Source: Candidatus Poribacteria bacterium
GTDB taxonomy: Bacteria; Poribacteria; WGA-4E; WGA-3G
Length of the DNA stretch: 64,000 bases
NCBI GenBank assembly: GCA_965198235.1
Contig: OZ240248.1
Location: forward strand, 1,600,001 to 1,664,000
Direction of reading: 5' to 3'
Part shown: positions 50,501 through 59,800 of the stretch, piece after piece
Layout of the letters: every line of letters begins with the position of its first letter
Position numbering within the stretch: position 1 is the first letter of the stretch
Program-made: the position numbers and the translations under genes
Notes under the pieces: model-generated
What the model was told of the DNA's origin: nothing
The model's database searches: none
The model's input: only the letters and a program-made list of their open reading frames with translations

Positions 50501-50854
50501 GTTGATTTGCCCAAGTATATCGCCAATTTCATGAAGCCGCGAAAGCGCGTAACTGGGATCGATGTCTCCTGTTTCCGGATGGGAAACGTTATTTCGGGCT
50601 TCGGTGATGAGACCTACAGCACTCCGAATATCGCGATCTGGATCGAAGCAGTGTTTAAAAACATCGTGCCAATACTCTCTGAAAAGGTATGGAAAATTGC
50701 CAATATCTATATCTGCTTCGTTTTGAAAGCGGTCTTCCGGTGCTAAGCCTTGCACGGTTTTCAGGTTTCTGAGAATAAACGGACGCATGGCATCGCGGTA
50801 GATATTGAGTGCTTGGTAGAGTGCATCTTGGGTTGGACGTTTGGGCGAATTCAC
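47573..50854 (-). CDS. DUF499 AAA+ ATPase with N-terminal Swt1-like HEPN domain
   Basis: HEPN Rx4H 'RNNVSH'; 'EFAADL', Walker A 'GFGGGKTH', Walker B 'ILIDE', 'YPIHPE', 'FQRTRSVLR'. Confidence 0.9.
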   Translation of the reverse strand: MNSPKRPTQDALYQALNIYRDAMRPFILRNLKTVQGLAPEDRFQNEADIDIGNFPYLFREYWHDVFKHCFDPDRDIRSAVGLITEARNNVSHPETGDIDPSYALSRLHEIGDILGQINAPEQKRAVEVIRDKLLTRAAPTVDTKPKLPRRKAADLKSWRDVIRPNTDVIEGSFRKSEFAADLQEVFEGNAKTPEYGETDIFFNQTYITPGLRQLLVNTLKRLGGKDSDPVIQLKTGFGGGKTHSLIALYHLVTGIHALKELPAEGEYQRLREEIADILQDAAWDPNTPLNANVAVLVGTYLSTTDADETKQGDPLNTLWGMMANQLGGQDAYNIIRDAAREGIAPGGKQLDALFEHVGPSVILIDELVAYVRNVQGVTQESIYTFFQTLTESVNRSQNVTLVATLPEAQVEAGGEGGMTALDTLESILERVDAVSIPLEVDNAYEVVRRRLFGPIIDETERDLTCEAFRKMYQNSRSEYPSNISNQDYLKRMKDCYPIHPEIFDRLFEDWSVIPGFQRTRSVLRIMATCISRLFQEQDPSLLITPANLTLDDPALADEFTRLLARSGGNWAPVVQEVDSHGSRTDQIDRNSQSFIEVGSAARRIARTIFLGSATGRAVKGISQQQIHLGVVEPGQGVSVYNDALSRMTGNLYFLYNLDDRYYFHTQENLNKVATDRAAEYTEEDIYAEIVSRLERTVQSTSNVKVCPTTPDPIQDSQTIQYIILHPQSSLPSREKESDIARETALKMLTYSTDDERPRTFRNTLLFIAARRDDIRDLKNLVKNYLSWDSIMNGNVLHGALTNLEGARLDQTTENLESAEDAVTTALFKAYRWALTPSQSDPQNSAYDFSIADTKPEDGRIIRRLRDKFIDDDAIVTKIDPEIFAGKLQQYIWSSDTYQEHIGLDTLSELMAQNVYMPRLRDRNVLATCLRDGVQAGSFGYASAYEGDDYRNFRFEEQIGGLRVVEGSAAVLINPEMAKLLKEEKEKQKKSDAPESAPDTEKQTGDDPTGVVVEPPPTKGPTHVVVTKALQLELPFGDEIDMIQDEIARTLQADGGNVKIEITITANKSDGFSENTTRAVKQNSKHLNAEFKSD

Positions 50855-50881
50855 GTGTTTAAAGCTCCATTTATTCCGCGG

Positions 50882-51379
50882 TTATCTAAAAATCCAATTT
50901 TCTCTTTTTACAATACCAGATATCCTAACACATTCAATATTAGAAACTTTACATACATCAGGAATTCTTGGGTGTTGTAGATTTCCGGTCGATTTTTCTT
51001 CTGTTACTACAACGCTGTTTCGGAATTTCATTGCTAAAGCTACCACCCACGGATCTGCTCCCGATGTGCCTTTTTTAATATTTAGCATCCCTGGATACGT
51101 TGATAACATGTTACGAACGGCTCTTTGATCTGAATCATCAATTTTCAATTCAAGATACGGTTTCAAACCTTTTTCACGACACCACTTATCTAATACTTCA
51201 TCTTGCATAGCTTCCGCAAAAACAAACTCAGACATCTTGAGCCGATCATCTCTTATTAGTTTCTCTAATTCCTGCCACAAGGCCGGAAAATTTTCCATTG
51301 GATATAGGAAGCGATAAGCATCAATTAGCGAGCTTGTATCCAGACTATAAACTATCTGATTTTGATTAAATAAATTCAT
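50882..51379 (-). CDS. DUF4411 PIN-like protein (putative toxin)
   Basis: 'YSLDTSSLI', 'FPALWQEL', 'ADPWVVALA', 'VVTEE', 'IPDVC'. Confidence 0.85.
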   Translation of the reverse strand: MNLFNQNQIVYSLDTSSLIDAYRFLYPMENFPALWQELEKLIRDDRLKMSEFVFAEAMQDEVLDKWCREKGLKPYLELKIDDSDQRAVRNMLSTYPGMLNIKKGTSGADPWVVALAMKFRNSVVVTEEKSTGNLQHPRIPDVCKVSNIECVRISGIVKRENWIFR

Positions 51380-52542
51380 GCAAAGATGGTACTCTCAATT
51401 TTAGAGAGATATTTTGTATCACAATTAGAAAAGGCGGAGGCTAACTCAGAGATTGTGATTTTATCCTCATAATAAGCCGTAAAAGCGGTCCTCGCGAAAT
51501 ACTCACCAGAGACATTAAGAAGCCGATTGTGGTAAAGTGGTGCTCCACCTGGTTGTTGTGGCGTGTCTTTATACTTCTTCTTCTGATTATTTCTATAAGT
51601 TTGGTATTTTCGTTGTGAGATTTTTTTGAGTATCAATAGCCGCCGCAGAATAACTTCAGGACTCACATGAAAGTGCTTGGAGATTTTAGATAAATTTTCT
51701 TCAGGGGTCTGCAGCTTTACAATTTCTAGTAATTCATCTTCGGGAACTAAGACTTCACCGGCTACATGATTGCAAAATGCTTCAATTGGATTCAGATCCG
51801 AGTGATCTATTTCTCTAAATCCTGTATTCTGAATGACACTTTCTCCAAGTGCAATATGAACCAATTCGTGGATGAGGGTAAAGATGCGACCGTAAGGGCT
51901 GTCCTTTGAATTTATTACAATTACCGGAAATGGTCTTTGTGCAATGCAAAACCCGCGTACTGTTCCTAGATTAACGGACAGGTGTGTGTTCGTCTGGCAG
52001 ACAAGAATACCTTTCGCTTCAACAATCCGTTTCCAAAATTTCAAAGCGGCGTGTGGGGTATTCGCTTCCTGTAGTTGCTCTCTGTTAACCTCAAGAAATT
52101 CTATTATTTTTTTCGCTGCTCGCTTCCGACTTGCGCGTCTGTCGAAATTCAGGTCAACCTCAGGCGGCGATTCCTCCAACAATTCGTATAATTCGATGAG
52201 CGTCTCTCGCCTTTTAAATGCTTCAACGATGTTGGCATTTAATCTATAGATCTGTTCCTCATCAGTTGCAGCTCGTTTAGGTAAGACACGATAGTCTGCC
52301 GGTCGCTGAAAACTAGTGGGGGGTACTGGCAAATAGAAAATAGAAATGTGGATTCTATAGAGTTTCGCAATCTTCTTTAATTGGGAGATAGTGGGTTGCT
52401 CTATCCCGTTTTCCCACGCCTCAAGACGTGCCGGGTCTACCTTTAATTTTTTTGCCGCGTAGTCGATCTCTAAGTCGATGTATTCTTCACGCGCCCACTT
52501 GAGAACTTCCGGCGTAATGAGTGCTTTTACAGATTTAGCCAT
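51376..52542 (-). CDS. XRE-HTH plus ImmA/IrrE (Peptidase_M78) metallopeptidase
   Basis: 'LKWARE...WENG..QPT..QLKKIA'; 'FTLIHELVH' HExxH; 'EAFCNHVAGEVLVP'; ATGA overlap with DUF4411. Confidence 0.9.
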   Translation of the reverse strand: MAKSVKALITPEVLKWAREEYIDLEIDYAAKKLKVDPARLEAWENGIEQPTISQLKKIAKLYRIHISIFYLPVPPTSFQRPADYRVLPKRAATDEEQIYRLNANIVEAFKRRETLIELYELLEESPPEVDLNFDRRASRKRAAKKIIEFLEVNREQLQEANTPHAALKFWKRIVEAKGILVCQTNTHLSVNLGTVRGFCIAQRPFPVIVINSKDSPYGRIFTLIHELVHIALGESVIQNTGFREIDHSDLNPIEAFCNHVAGEVLVPEDELLEIVKLQTPEENLSKISKHFHVSPEVILRRLLILKKISQRKYQTYRNNQKKKYKDTPQQPGGAPLYHNRLLNVSGEYFARTAFTAYYEDKITISELASAFSNCDTKYLSKIESTIFA

Positions 52543-52697
52543 GGTTTGTATCCCCACGAACCGGTTGGTCAGTTCGTCGTAAAATCATCAATTAGAACGT
52601 TTTCAGATTGCGCTGTGTTAAACCCCAAGGGATCGCAAGCAAATAAAATGTGATAGTGGCGAAATTACTTAACATATCCTACTCAAAAGTGAATTAA

Positions 52698-52726
52698 AGT
52701 ATACCACAAAAGAGGTAAATTGTCAA
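52698..52726 (-). promoter_or_regulatory. Near-consensus sigma70 promoter for the defence operon
   Basis: TTGACA-17 bp-TATACT with extended TGn. Confidence 0.7.
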
Positions 52727-53097
52727 AAGGTGGTTTTTGACAATTTGGCACTAAAGCGAGGCTGGGGCGAGACCGGCAAGGCAAACGCCGGATCGAACCA
52801 ATCTGCGTTGCCGTTATCACCTCGGTGTGTGAGCTGTTGCGGGACACCACCGTCCAAAGCGACTTTGAAGAGTTGGCCGACTTCACGAACCCGCTTGTCG
52901 TAAATGAGTTCATTCCCGTGGTGCTGGGTTAAGTTTATCTGATCAGATCCATCCGGGTTCATGATATAAATTTCAGAATTGCCATCACGCCTTGATGTAA
53001 ATACGATTTTGGCAGTTCCCGGGGCTTTTGCAAGAGCGGAAACCGAGAGAGGAGCAAAGATGAGGAAGGTGCTAAGCACATAACATAAGAGTTTCAT
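52723..53097 (-). pseudogene. TolB/PD40-like secreted protein, internally deleted and C-terminally truncated
   Basis: 'KIVFTSRRDGNSEIYIMNPDGS', 'QQLT...ADWFDPA.ALPVSPQP'; only ~2 blades and no WG tail. Confidence 0.65.
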
Positions 53098-53193
53098 GAT
53101 GCTTTCCTCCATAGCGTTTTCTGTAGGGAGCAAGGTGTTTTGCTTGGGGTTTTTGATAGGTGTTTCCCTGCGGATTTCCCCCAAGAAACGCGC

Positions 53194-54966
53194 TTAGGGG
53201 CCGATTTCCTCAATGCGAATCTGTTGGTTGGGTTTGACATTCTTGCGTGTGCTGAGGGCACCGCTGGGCCACGTTACCTCAATTGTTTCAATGATAGTAT
53301 CGTCGTTTATACCGAAAATGGCGGCGAGTTCGCTCTGTGAGCAGTAACTGGAACCGCTCTTGACTGTGTGGGTCTGCGTCACCGACGCGGAGGTTATACG
53401 GATCTGTGCGCCGATACCGTCTCGGTTGCTTGTTTGTCCGACGAGTTGGATCTTAATCCAGGCGTTGCGGTTTCCGCCATCGTTTCGGAAGAGGTGTGCG
53501 GGTCCGTTGGAGGTCGTAACGAGCAGATCCCAGTCGCCGTCATTGTCGATATCGCCATAGGCACCACCTCTCCCAACCATCGGCTTTGCCAAGTCCGCGC
53601 CAACTTTATGAAGCACATCGGTGAATTTGCCTTGGGAATCGTTGTGAAATAGGTGTGGGGGTTGAGCATAGGTAACGTGGGTCTGGATGGCGTTGATGTC
53701 GTTTTCGACATGTCCGTTGGCGGTGAAGATGTCGAGGTTGCCGTCGAGATCGAAGTCGAAAAAGAAACATGCGAAGGTGAGCGTCAGTAAGGTCGCGTTT
53801 CCGATGTGTGCGACAGGTGCATCGTCGATGAAAAAGTCGCCTTCGTTGTGGTATAGGTTGAGCATCTCGTTGGAGAAGTTGCCGATGACGAGGCTCTCCT
53901 TGCCGATGCGATCGTAGTCTGCGGCATCAATACCCATTGCGCCGGTTGCGATGCCGCTTTCGTTATACGCGATCCCCGCGAGCATTCCGGTCTCGATAAA
54001 TGTGCCGTCGCCGTTGTTTTGGTAGAGTTTATTGGGTTGTGTGTCGTTCGCCTCGAAGATGTCCGGTAAGCCATCGGCATTGTAATCGAAGATGCAAACA
54101 CCGAGTGATTTGCTCGTGTTGTCCTCAATCCGTGCGATCCGGGAGACATCGGCAAATGTGCCGTCGCCGCGATTTCTGAAGAGTTTGCTGGACTGCCCTG
54201 TATAGGATTCAGGGGTGCAGTAGGATTTATTGATGCCGTCGAGGGTGCAGAATAGGTCGTTCTCTCTGCTCCATTCGACATAGTTCGCGACGTAGAGATC
54301 GAGGTGTCCGTCCCTGTTGTAATCGAACCATGCGCAGCTTGTGCCGAAGCCGGGGTTGTGAATACCGGCGGTTTCCGTGATGTCAACAAAAGTGCCATCA
54401 CCTTTGTTTTGGAAGAGTCGGTCGGTTTCGAGGGTGCTAATATAGATATCCGAATCACCATCGTTATCGTAATCGGCGACAGCGACACCCATACCGTAAA
54501 GCGGTGTGGTGAGACCTGCGGTTTCCGTGACATCGGTGAAGGTGCCGTCCCGGTCGTTGCGGTAGAGTGCCATTGTTTGCCGTTTCTGGGTCAGCTCGCC
54601 TTCCCAATCCTTTCCGTTGACGAGTAGGATATCCTGCCAACCGTCCGTGTCATAGTCGATGAAGGCGCATCCTGAGCCCATGGTTTCAGGCAGGTATTTC
54701 TTACCGAAGGCACCCGTGTTATGGACGAAGTCGATGCCTGCTTCGTGTGTGATGTCGGTGAATTGTGGCAAGGGTTGTGCAACGGCATTGAGGGAGATGA
54801 GCAGACAGCAGCAGAATATTATATTGGCTATCAGCAGTCGGAAACCTTCGGCTTTCAGCGTGCGGTAGTTACGTATCTTGCTGAAGTCTGAAGCCTGAAG
54901 CCCGATGGATATTTCTACTGATGGCTGATTGCCGATGGCTGATTGCCGTTTTATACGGAGATCCAC
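53194..54966 (-). CDS. CRTAC1/ASPIC-UnbV family FG-GAP repeat protein
   Basis: 'ETMGSG', repeated 'DYDNDGD.D', C-terminal 'SNRDGIGA...GSSYCSQS...V.WPSG'; GGAGG before GTG 54966. Confidence 0.88.
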   Translation of the reverse strand: MDLRIKRQSAIGNQPSVEISIGLQASDFSKIRNYRTLKAEGFRLLIANIIFCCCLLISLNAVAQPLPQFTDITHEAGIDFVHNTGAFGKKYLPETMGSGCAFIDYDTDGWQDILLVNGKDWEGELTQKRQTMALYRNDRDGTFTDVTETAGLTTPLYGMGVAVADYDNDGDSDIYISTLETDRLFQNKGDGTFVDITETAGIHNPGFGTSCAWFDYNRDGHLDLYVANYVEWSRENDLFCTLDGINKSYCTPESYTGQSSKLFRNRGDGTFADVSRIARIEDNTSKSLGVCIFDYNADGLPDIFEANDTQPNKLYQNNGDGTFIETGMLAGIAYNESGIATGAMGIDAADYDRIGKESLVIGNFSNEMLNLYHNEGDFFIDDAPVAHIGNATLLTLTFACFFFDFDLDGNLDIFTANGHVENDINAIQTHVTYAQPPHLFHNDSQGKFTDVLHKVGADLAKPMVGRGGAYGDIDNDGDWDLLVTTSNGPAHLFRNDGGNRNAWIKIQLVGQTSNRDGIGAQIRITSASVTQTHTVKSGSSYCSQSELAAIFGINDDTIIETIEVTWPSGALSTRKNVKPNQQIRIEEIGP

Positions 54967-56114
54967 CGATCCTCCTTCCATGAGGTTTGGATGGCAGTTT
55001 GCACGTCAGCGACTGCGGCGGCTTCTCGGAAACCCGGATTTCCCTGTTTTCCTGTGTGGATGGCTTGCAAAAACTGATATGCTTCGATTGTCTTCAGGTC
55101 GTCGTAGCCTAATCCGACACCGGGACCGGGATTAAAATAACTGTGAAACGGGTGGCTCGGACCGCTTAATACGCGGGTGTATCCATCAGGGAAACCGTCC
55201 TCAGCGGGTAGGTACACTTCAAGTTCGTTCATCTGCTCGAAGTTCCAACGCAAAGCACCCTCTGTCCCATGCACCTCAAGCGCCATTTCGCATTTGGGTC
55301 CGGTGATAACTCTACACGCTTCCAGTGTGCCTCTGGCACCGTTTCCAAACCGGACCAGTGCTCCGACGTAGTCTTCGTTCGTGACGGCATCCATTTCGCC
55401 ATCTGCACCGAGGGTGAAGTGTGTGCCGGTCCCTGCTGTTACTATAGGACGTTCTGGGATAAATGTTTCCTGTTGTGAAACGACGCTATCAATACCACCG
55501 ACGATAAAATGCGCCATATCGATGACGTGAGAGATCAGATCCCCTAACGTTCCCAATCCAGCGATCTCTTTCTGAAATCGCCATGAAAGGACTGCGCGTG
55601 GATGACTCGCGTAACCCGCAAAAAATCTACCACGATAGTGGGTTAGTTTACCGAGTTTTCCGTCTGAGATCAGTTGGTGTGCGTATTGAACGACGGGTGC
55701 CCATCTATAGTTATAACCGACACAAGTCAAGACCCCCGCACGCTGTGCGGCGGCATAGATCGCCTTCGTTTCCGCTGGATTCCGTCCGACAGGTTTTTCA
55801 CAGAAGACATGTTTCCTCGCAGATGTCGCTGCCTTGACGATCTCAAGGTGCATGCTATTTGGTGCGGCGATGTTGACTACTTCTACGTCTTCATCATCTA
55901 TGACGTGTCGGTAGTCGGTCGTTGTGCGTTCAAATCTGAATCGTGTTTTCGCCTCGGTTGTGCGATCGACAACGTCGTCTGCGCAGATGATGAGTCTGGG
56001 ATGGAGAGGACTGTCGTGGAACCGGTCGCTGATCTGGTGATATGCGCGGGCGTGCGTCATACCCATCCATCCCATGCCGATAATGCCGATGCCAACCGTC
56101 TGTTTGGTCTCCAT
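54951..56114 (-). CDS. Gfo/Idh/MocA oxidoreductase
   Basis: 'GIIGMGWMG', 'FCEKP', 'GYNYR', '[12 protein letters not shown]'. Confidence 0.9.
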   Translation of the reverse strand: METKQTVGIGIIGMGWMGMTHARAYHQISDRFHDSPLHPRLIICADDVVDRTTEAKTRFRFERTTTDYRHVIDDEDVEVVNIAAPNSMHLEIVKAATSARKHVFCEKPVGRNPAETKAIYAAAQRAGVLTCVGYNYRWAPVVQYAHQLISDGKLGKLTHYRGRFFAGYASHPRAVLSWRFQKEIAGLGTLGDLISHVIDMAHFIVGGIDSVVSQQETFIPERPIVTAGTGTHFTLGADGEMDAVTNEDYVGALVRFGNGARGTLEACRVITGPKCEMALEVHGTEGALRWNFEQMNELEVYLPAEDGFPDGYTRVLSGPSHPFHSYFNPGPGVGLGYDDLKTIEAYQFLQAIHTGKQGNPGFREAAAVADVQTAIQTSWKEDRWISV

Positions 56115-56130
56115 TTTTCGTGTACCTTCG

Positions 56131-56832
56131 TTATTTCTTCTTCAGATGTCCCCACATAGTTGCGAGTTTAGTTTGCGGCTCGACAGGACGTGCTTTTCCC
56201 GGACCGCCATTGCCAATGTTCGCGCCTGTGATTTCGACATCGTCGAATCGTGCTTGTCCATCTGCGATAACGAGCCCGGCTTGTCCGCCTTTTAAGGGCT
56301 CATCGTCAATAACGGTAAATATCTCGTCGTCGACTTGAAATTCAAGCGTGCCGTCTTCGTGGATGGTGGCAGTTAGTTCATACCACGTATCGATTTCGGC
56401 ATCAAATGGATGGATAACGGGAAACCAGTTATCTCGAAGTGCTTTGACAATTCGGACGGTTCCGAAAACGTAGTCAATAAAAAAGAGATAACGGGTATCC
56501 TCCTCACCTCTGTCGTGGAGTGTCAACCCGATACTTGGGGGTTCGTTCTTGTCTTGCACTAATTTTGCGCGACAGGAAAGGGAGTAGTTCTTCCATGTGA
56601 GTTCACCTGTGATCCAGAGACTCATGAAACCGGGTAAGAAGATTTCTCCGACTGCTTCGCCATCACTAACCCACCACTTTTCAACCTGTCGGTCAATGTT
56701 AAAGATTTTCCATTCGCGGGTGTCTTTGTCTTCAAAGTCGTCGCGCCACGTTCCCGCAAAGGTGGGTTGCCACGCCCGTATTGAAAAGCAGACAATTATG
56801 ATGATTGCAAATATTGGTATTAATTTTTTCAT
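56131..56832 (-). CDS. Secreted concanavalin-like (DUF1080-type) protein with '[10 protein letters not shown]' tail
   Basis: Signal peptide; 'WRDDFED', 'WKNYSL', 'GGQAGL', 'ARFDDVEI'. Confidence 0.65.
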   Translation of the reverse strand: MKKLIPIFAIIIIVCFSIRAWQPTFAGTWRDDFEDKDTREWKIFNIDRQVEKWWVSDGEAVGEIFLPGFMSLWITGELTWKNYSLSCRAKLVQDKNEPPSIGLTLHDRGEEDTRYLFFIDYVFGTVRIVKALRDNWFPVIHPFDAEIDTWYELTATIHEDGTLEFQVDDEIFTVIDDEPLKGGQAGLVIADGQARFDDVEITGANIGNGGPGKARPVEPQTKLATMWGHLKKK

Positions 56833-56833
56833 T

Positions 56834-59800
56834 TTATGCCTCCGTGATTATGCACTGTCCATCTGGATTCGCATAGGGGCAGGAACAACAGTGTTCAAGG
56901 TTCTTCTCATAAACCCCGCGCTGCAATGCCAAGATTTTTTCCTGCCACTGTTTCTGAACTTCCTGCAATTGTGCCGTGCTGAAGTACATCTGTTCCCACC
57001 GGCCGTGCCCAGTAAAGAAGAGATTAATTGTCACAGTCGATTGGTTTGGATAACGCCGATGCACGAGTAGACTGTAAAGTTCCATTTCTGGATGGGATGT
57101 ATCTAAATTTTGAGCTTCGTCGGTTTTATAATTGATTACCTGCCAGTTTCCTGTTTCATCTTTAAAGAGTCTATCGAACCTGCCGTCAACGATATGTCCG
57201 TTGATGTCTGCGTGAATGTGTTGATTGGTGTGAATCGTGGGTGCAGAGAATGCCGTTTCACCGAGTTCGGAGTTGATAAAATTGTTAACGTGTGTACGAA
57301 GTGTTGCTGTTGATTCAGTCGTTACTTCCGGATAATTTTCAAGTGCTTGATCAATCGTGGTGTCAAGATTTTCTATGTCTGATCGCTGTCGTATTTGTGC
57401 GAACGTGTAGCGGAGAGCGGCATCCATCTCGTTTTCATCCAAATCCGATTCTTCTTGTCCATTTACCGGAATTCGCAGCACATTTTCCAATTGATACCGT
57501 AGTGGACACCGTGCATAATTCGCGAGTTCAGAGACAGAAAAGGCTGCGGAAGTACCGGTTAGTTCCAGTTTTCGTAGAGACTCAGGAAAATCAATAGGTG
57601 TTGTTTCGTCGGAAACCTCATCTGCGGATGTAGTCTCTGCTAGTGCCTGATGGATCGGGATTTGGAGTTCGAAGGATTCAGAACTTGTGATGTTTCCTGT
57701 GAACACTTCCAATGCGACGGACAGGTTCAGTAAACTGTCCTCTTCATCAATGTCGAGGTGTTTGTAGAGCCAGTCAAGCATGTTCATTGCTGGGAGTGTG
57801 CCTGATAAGATGAGCCGATCACAAGCACGTGTTGTCCCGACATAAAACAGTCGTTTCTTTTCGGCGATTTCTTTTTCATTTGCCCGATTTTTCATGTGTG
57901 TAACAATCTCTGGTGCGGTTTTTCTGTAGTCTTTATCGGAATTAAGGGGGCTGAAGCCGATACCGAGTGCTTCATCGATGAAAGGTTCCATGTCCGTTTG
58001 CCCTTTCCGGTCAAGCCTTGGGAGGATGACGATTGGGAATTGCTTCCCTTTGGCGGCATGGATCGTCATAATTTGGACCGCGCCGCTACCTGCCTCAACT
58101 GGTGCCTCTCCCTCTTGGGGTTCCTCCGTAATTAATGTATCCAGAAATTCAACAAAGTCTGGAAGGGTTTGCTTGTTTTCATCTCCGTCAAAATTTCTGG
58201 CGAGTTCCAAGAGTTTTTGGTAGTTTGCCCAGCGTTGTTGTCCGTATTTCCCCGCTCGCAACGTTCCAATCATTCCTGTTTCATTAACGAGGGTTAGGAT
58301 GAGTTGGTTTACAGGCATTCGGTGTGCAAGTTGGCTATGCCTTTTTAAAGTGGTTATGGCGCGGTTAAGGTTATGAGACCGGTCTTGATAGTTCTGCGCT
58401 TGATCCCAGAAATTTTCTCTTTCCTGGAGTGAAATTTCGTAGAGTTCAGCGTCGGAGATACCGAAAGCGGGACCGCGGAGAACTGCGGCGAGAGATGCTT
58501 GATTTTTTGTGGGTGCCTCGAGGAAGTGGAGGTAGTTCCAGATGTCGTAGATTTCCTGTCGTTGATAGAAACCGACACCCCCAGTGGTGAGGTAAGGTAT
58601 ACCTGCTTCAAGTAGAGCGTGCTCTATATCAGGGAGATGCCTTCTACTCCGGATGAGGATAGCAATGTCGCCGTACTGAATTGGACGTTCCGCTTCCACG
58701 CCCTTGCTCTCTTCACTGGCACCCCGCACCCACACCGTTTCTTCGTTTGCTTTCATGTTTATGATGTGGTGTGCGATAAGCGAGTATTCACTTGCTGCTT
58801 CCTCGCCCTGTTTTCCAAGCAGAATTTCAACTGCGCCGTTTGCATTGACGGGTCGAGCTTGCGTAAGAGCTTCATACTGCACTTCAAATTCAGTTTCTTT
58901 TCCGTCCCCCATCAAGCGATTGAAAAAGTAATTGACGAACCCGACAGTATCACGCAAGGATCGGAAATTCTCTGTGAGACGGATATCTCTTCCTCTGTCG
59001 TCGACGATTTTTTCCTTTGTCTTTTCAAATACGCGGACATCTGCGCCTCGGAACGCGTAAATACTCTGTTTCGGATCACCGACGATAAAAAGATTTGCTT
59101 CTTTGAGTTCGTTTGTGAGAAGCATCACCAATTCGTACTGTAGTTCATTTGTATCTTGGTATTCGTCTACCATATAGTACTTGTGCCGGGACACTAATTT
59201 CTGTCGGATTTCTTCGTTGTTGCGCAGCAAATCTCGGGTTTTCAGTTGCAGGTCAGCAAAGTCGAGTTCACCTTGAGAGAGTTTGGCAATTCTGTACGCA
59301 TTCGAGATTCGGGTGTATAGTGTGAGTAGGTCTCGAATTGTGCTCAGCAGGAAATCATCATCGGTTTCATTTTCATCTGTCCCATTTTCGTTGTCTTCAA
59401 TAAGGGGTACGGCTTTAATCTTTCTCGCAGTTGATACGAGAAAATTGATCTCAGCCTCAATGCCTGTTATTGTAACACGGTTCCCCAGAAAGTCTCTTTT
59501 TGCAATGGCACTACGTCCAGTTGTAATTAGGAACGCAATATCTCTAAGTAGGTTCAACGCTCCAGACGGGTCTGGGTTTTGTCCATATAGTGTTTCTAAC
59601 TGTTGGGTCGAGTCTCTAACTGCCTCTGCATTTTTACCTTTAGCAACCTGCAAAACAGCATTTAAACATCGGATGAATTCGGCAACGTCCATTGTTGACA
59701 TCAATGTGTCATGGACCCGCTGTTCCAAGCCTTTGCGTATCTCTGTATCGTTTGGATTACTATAAATTTTCTGCATTAGGTGTTCGAGGACATCACGTTG

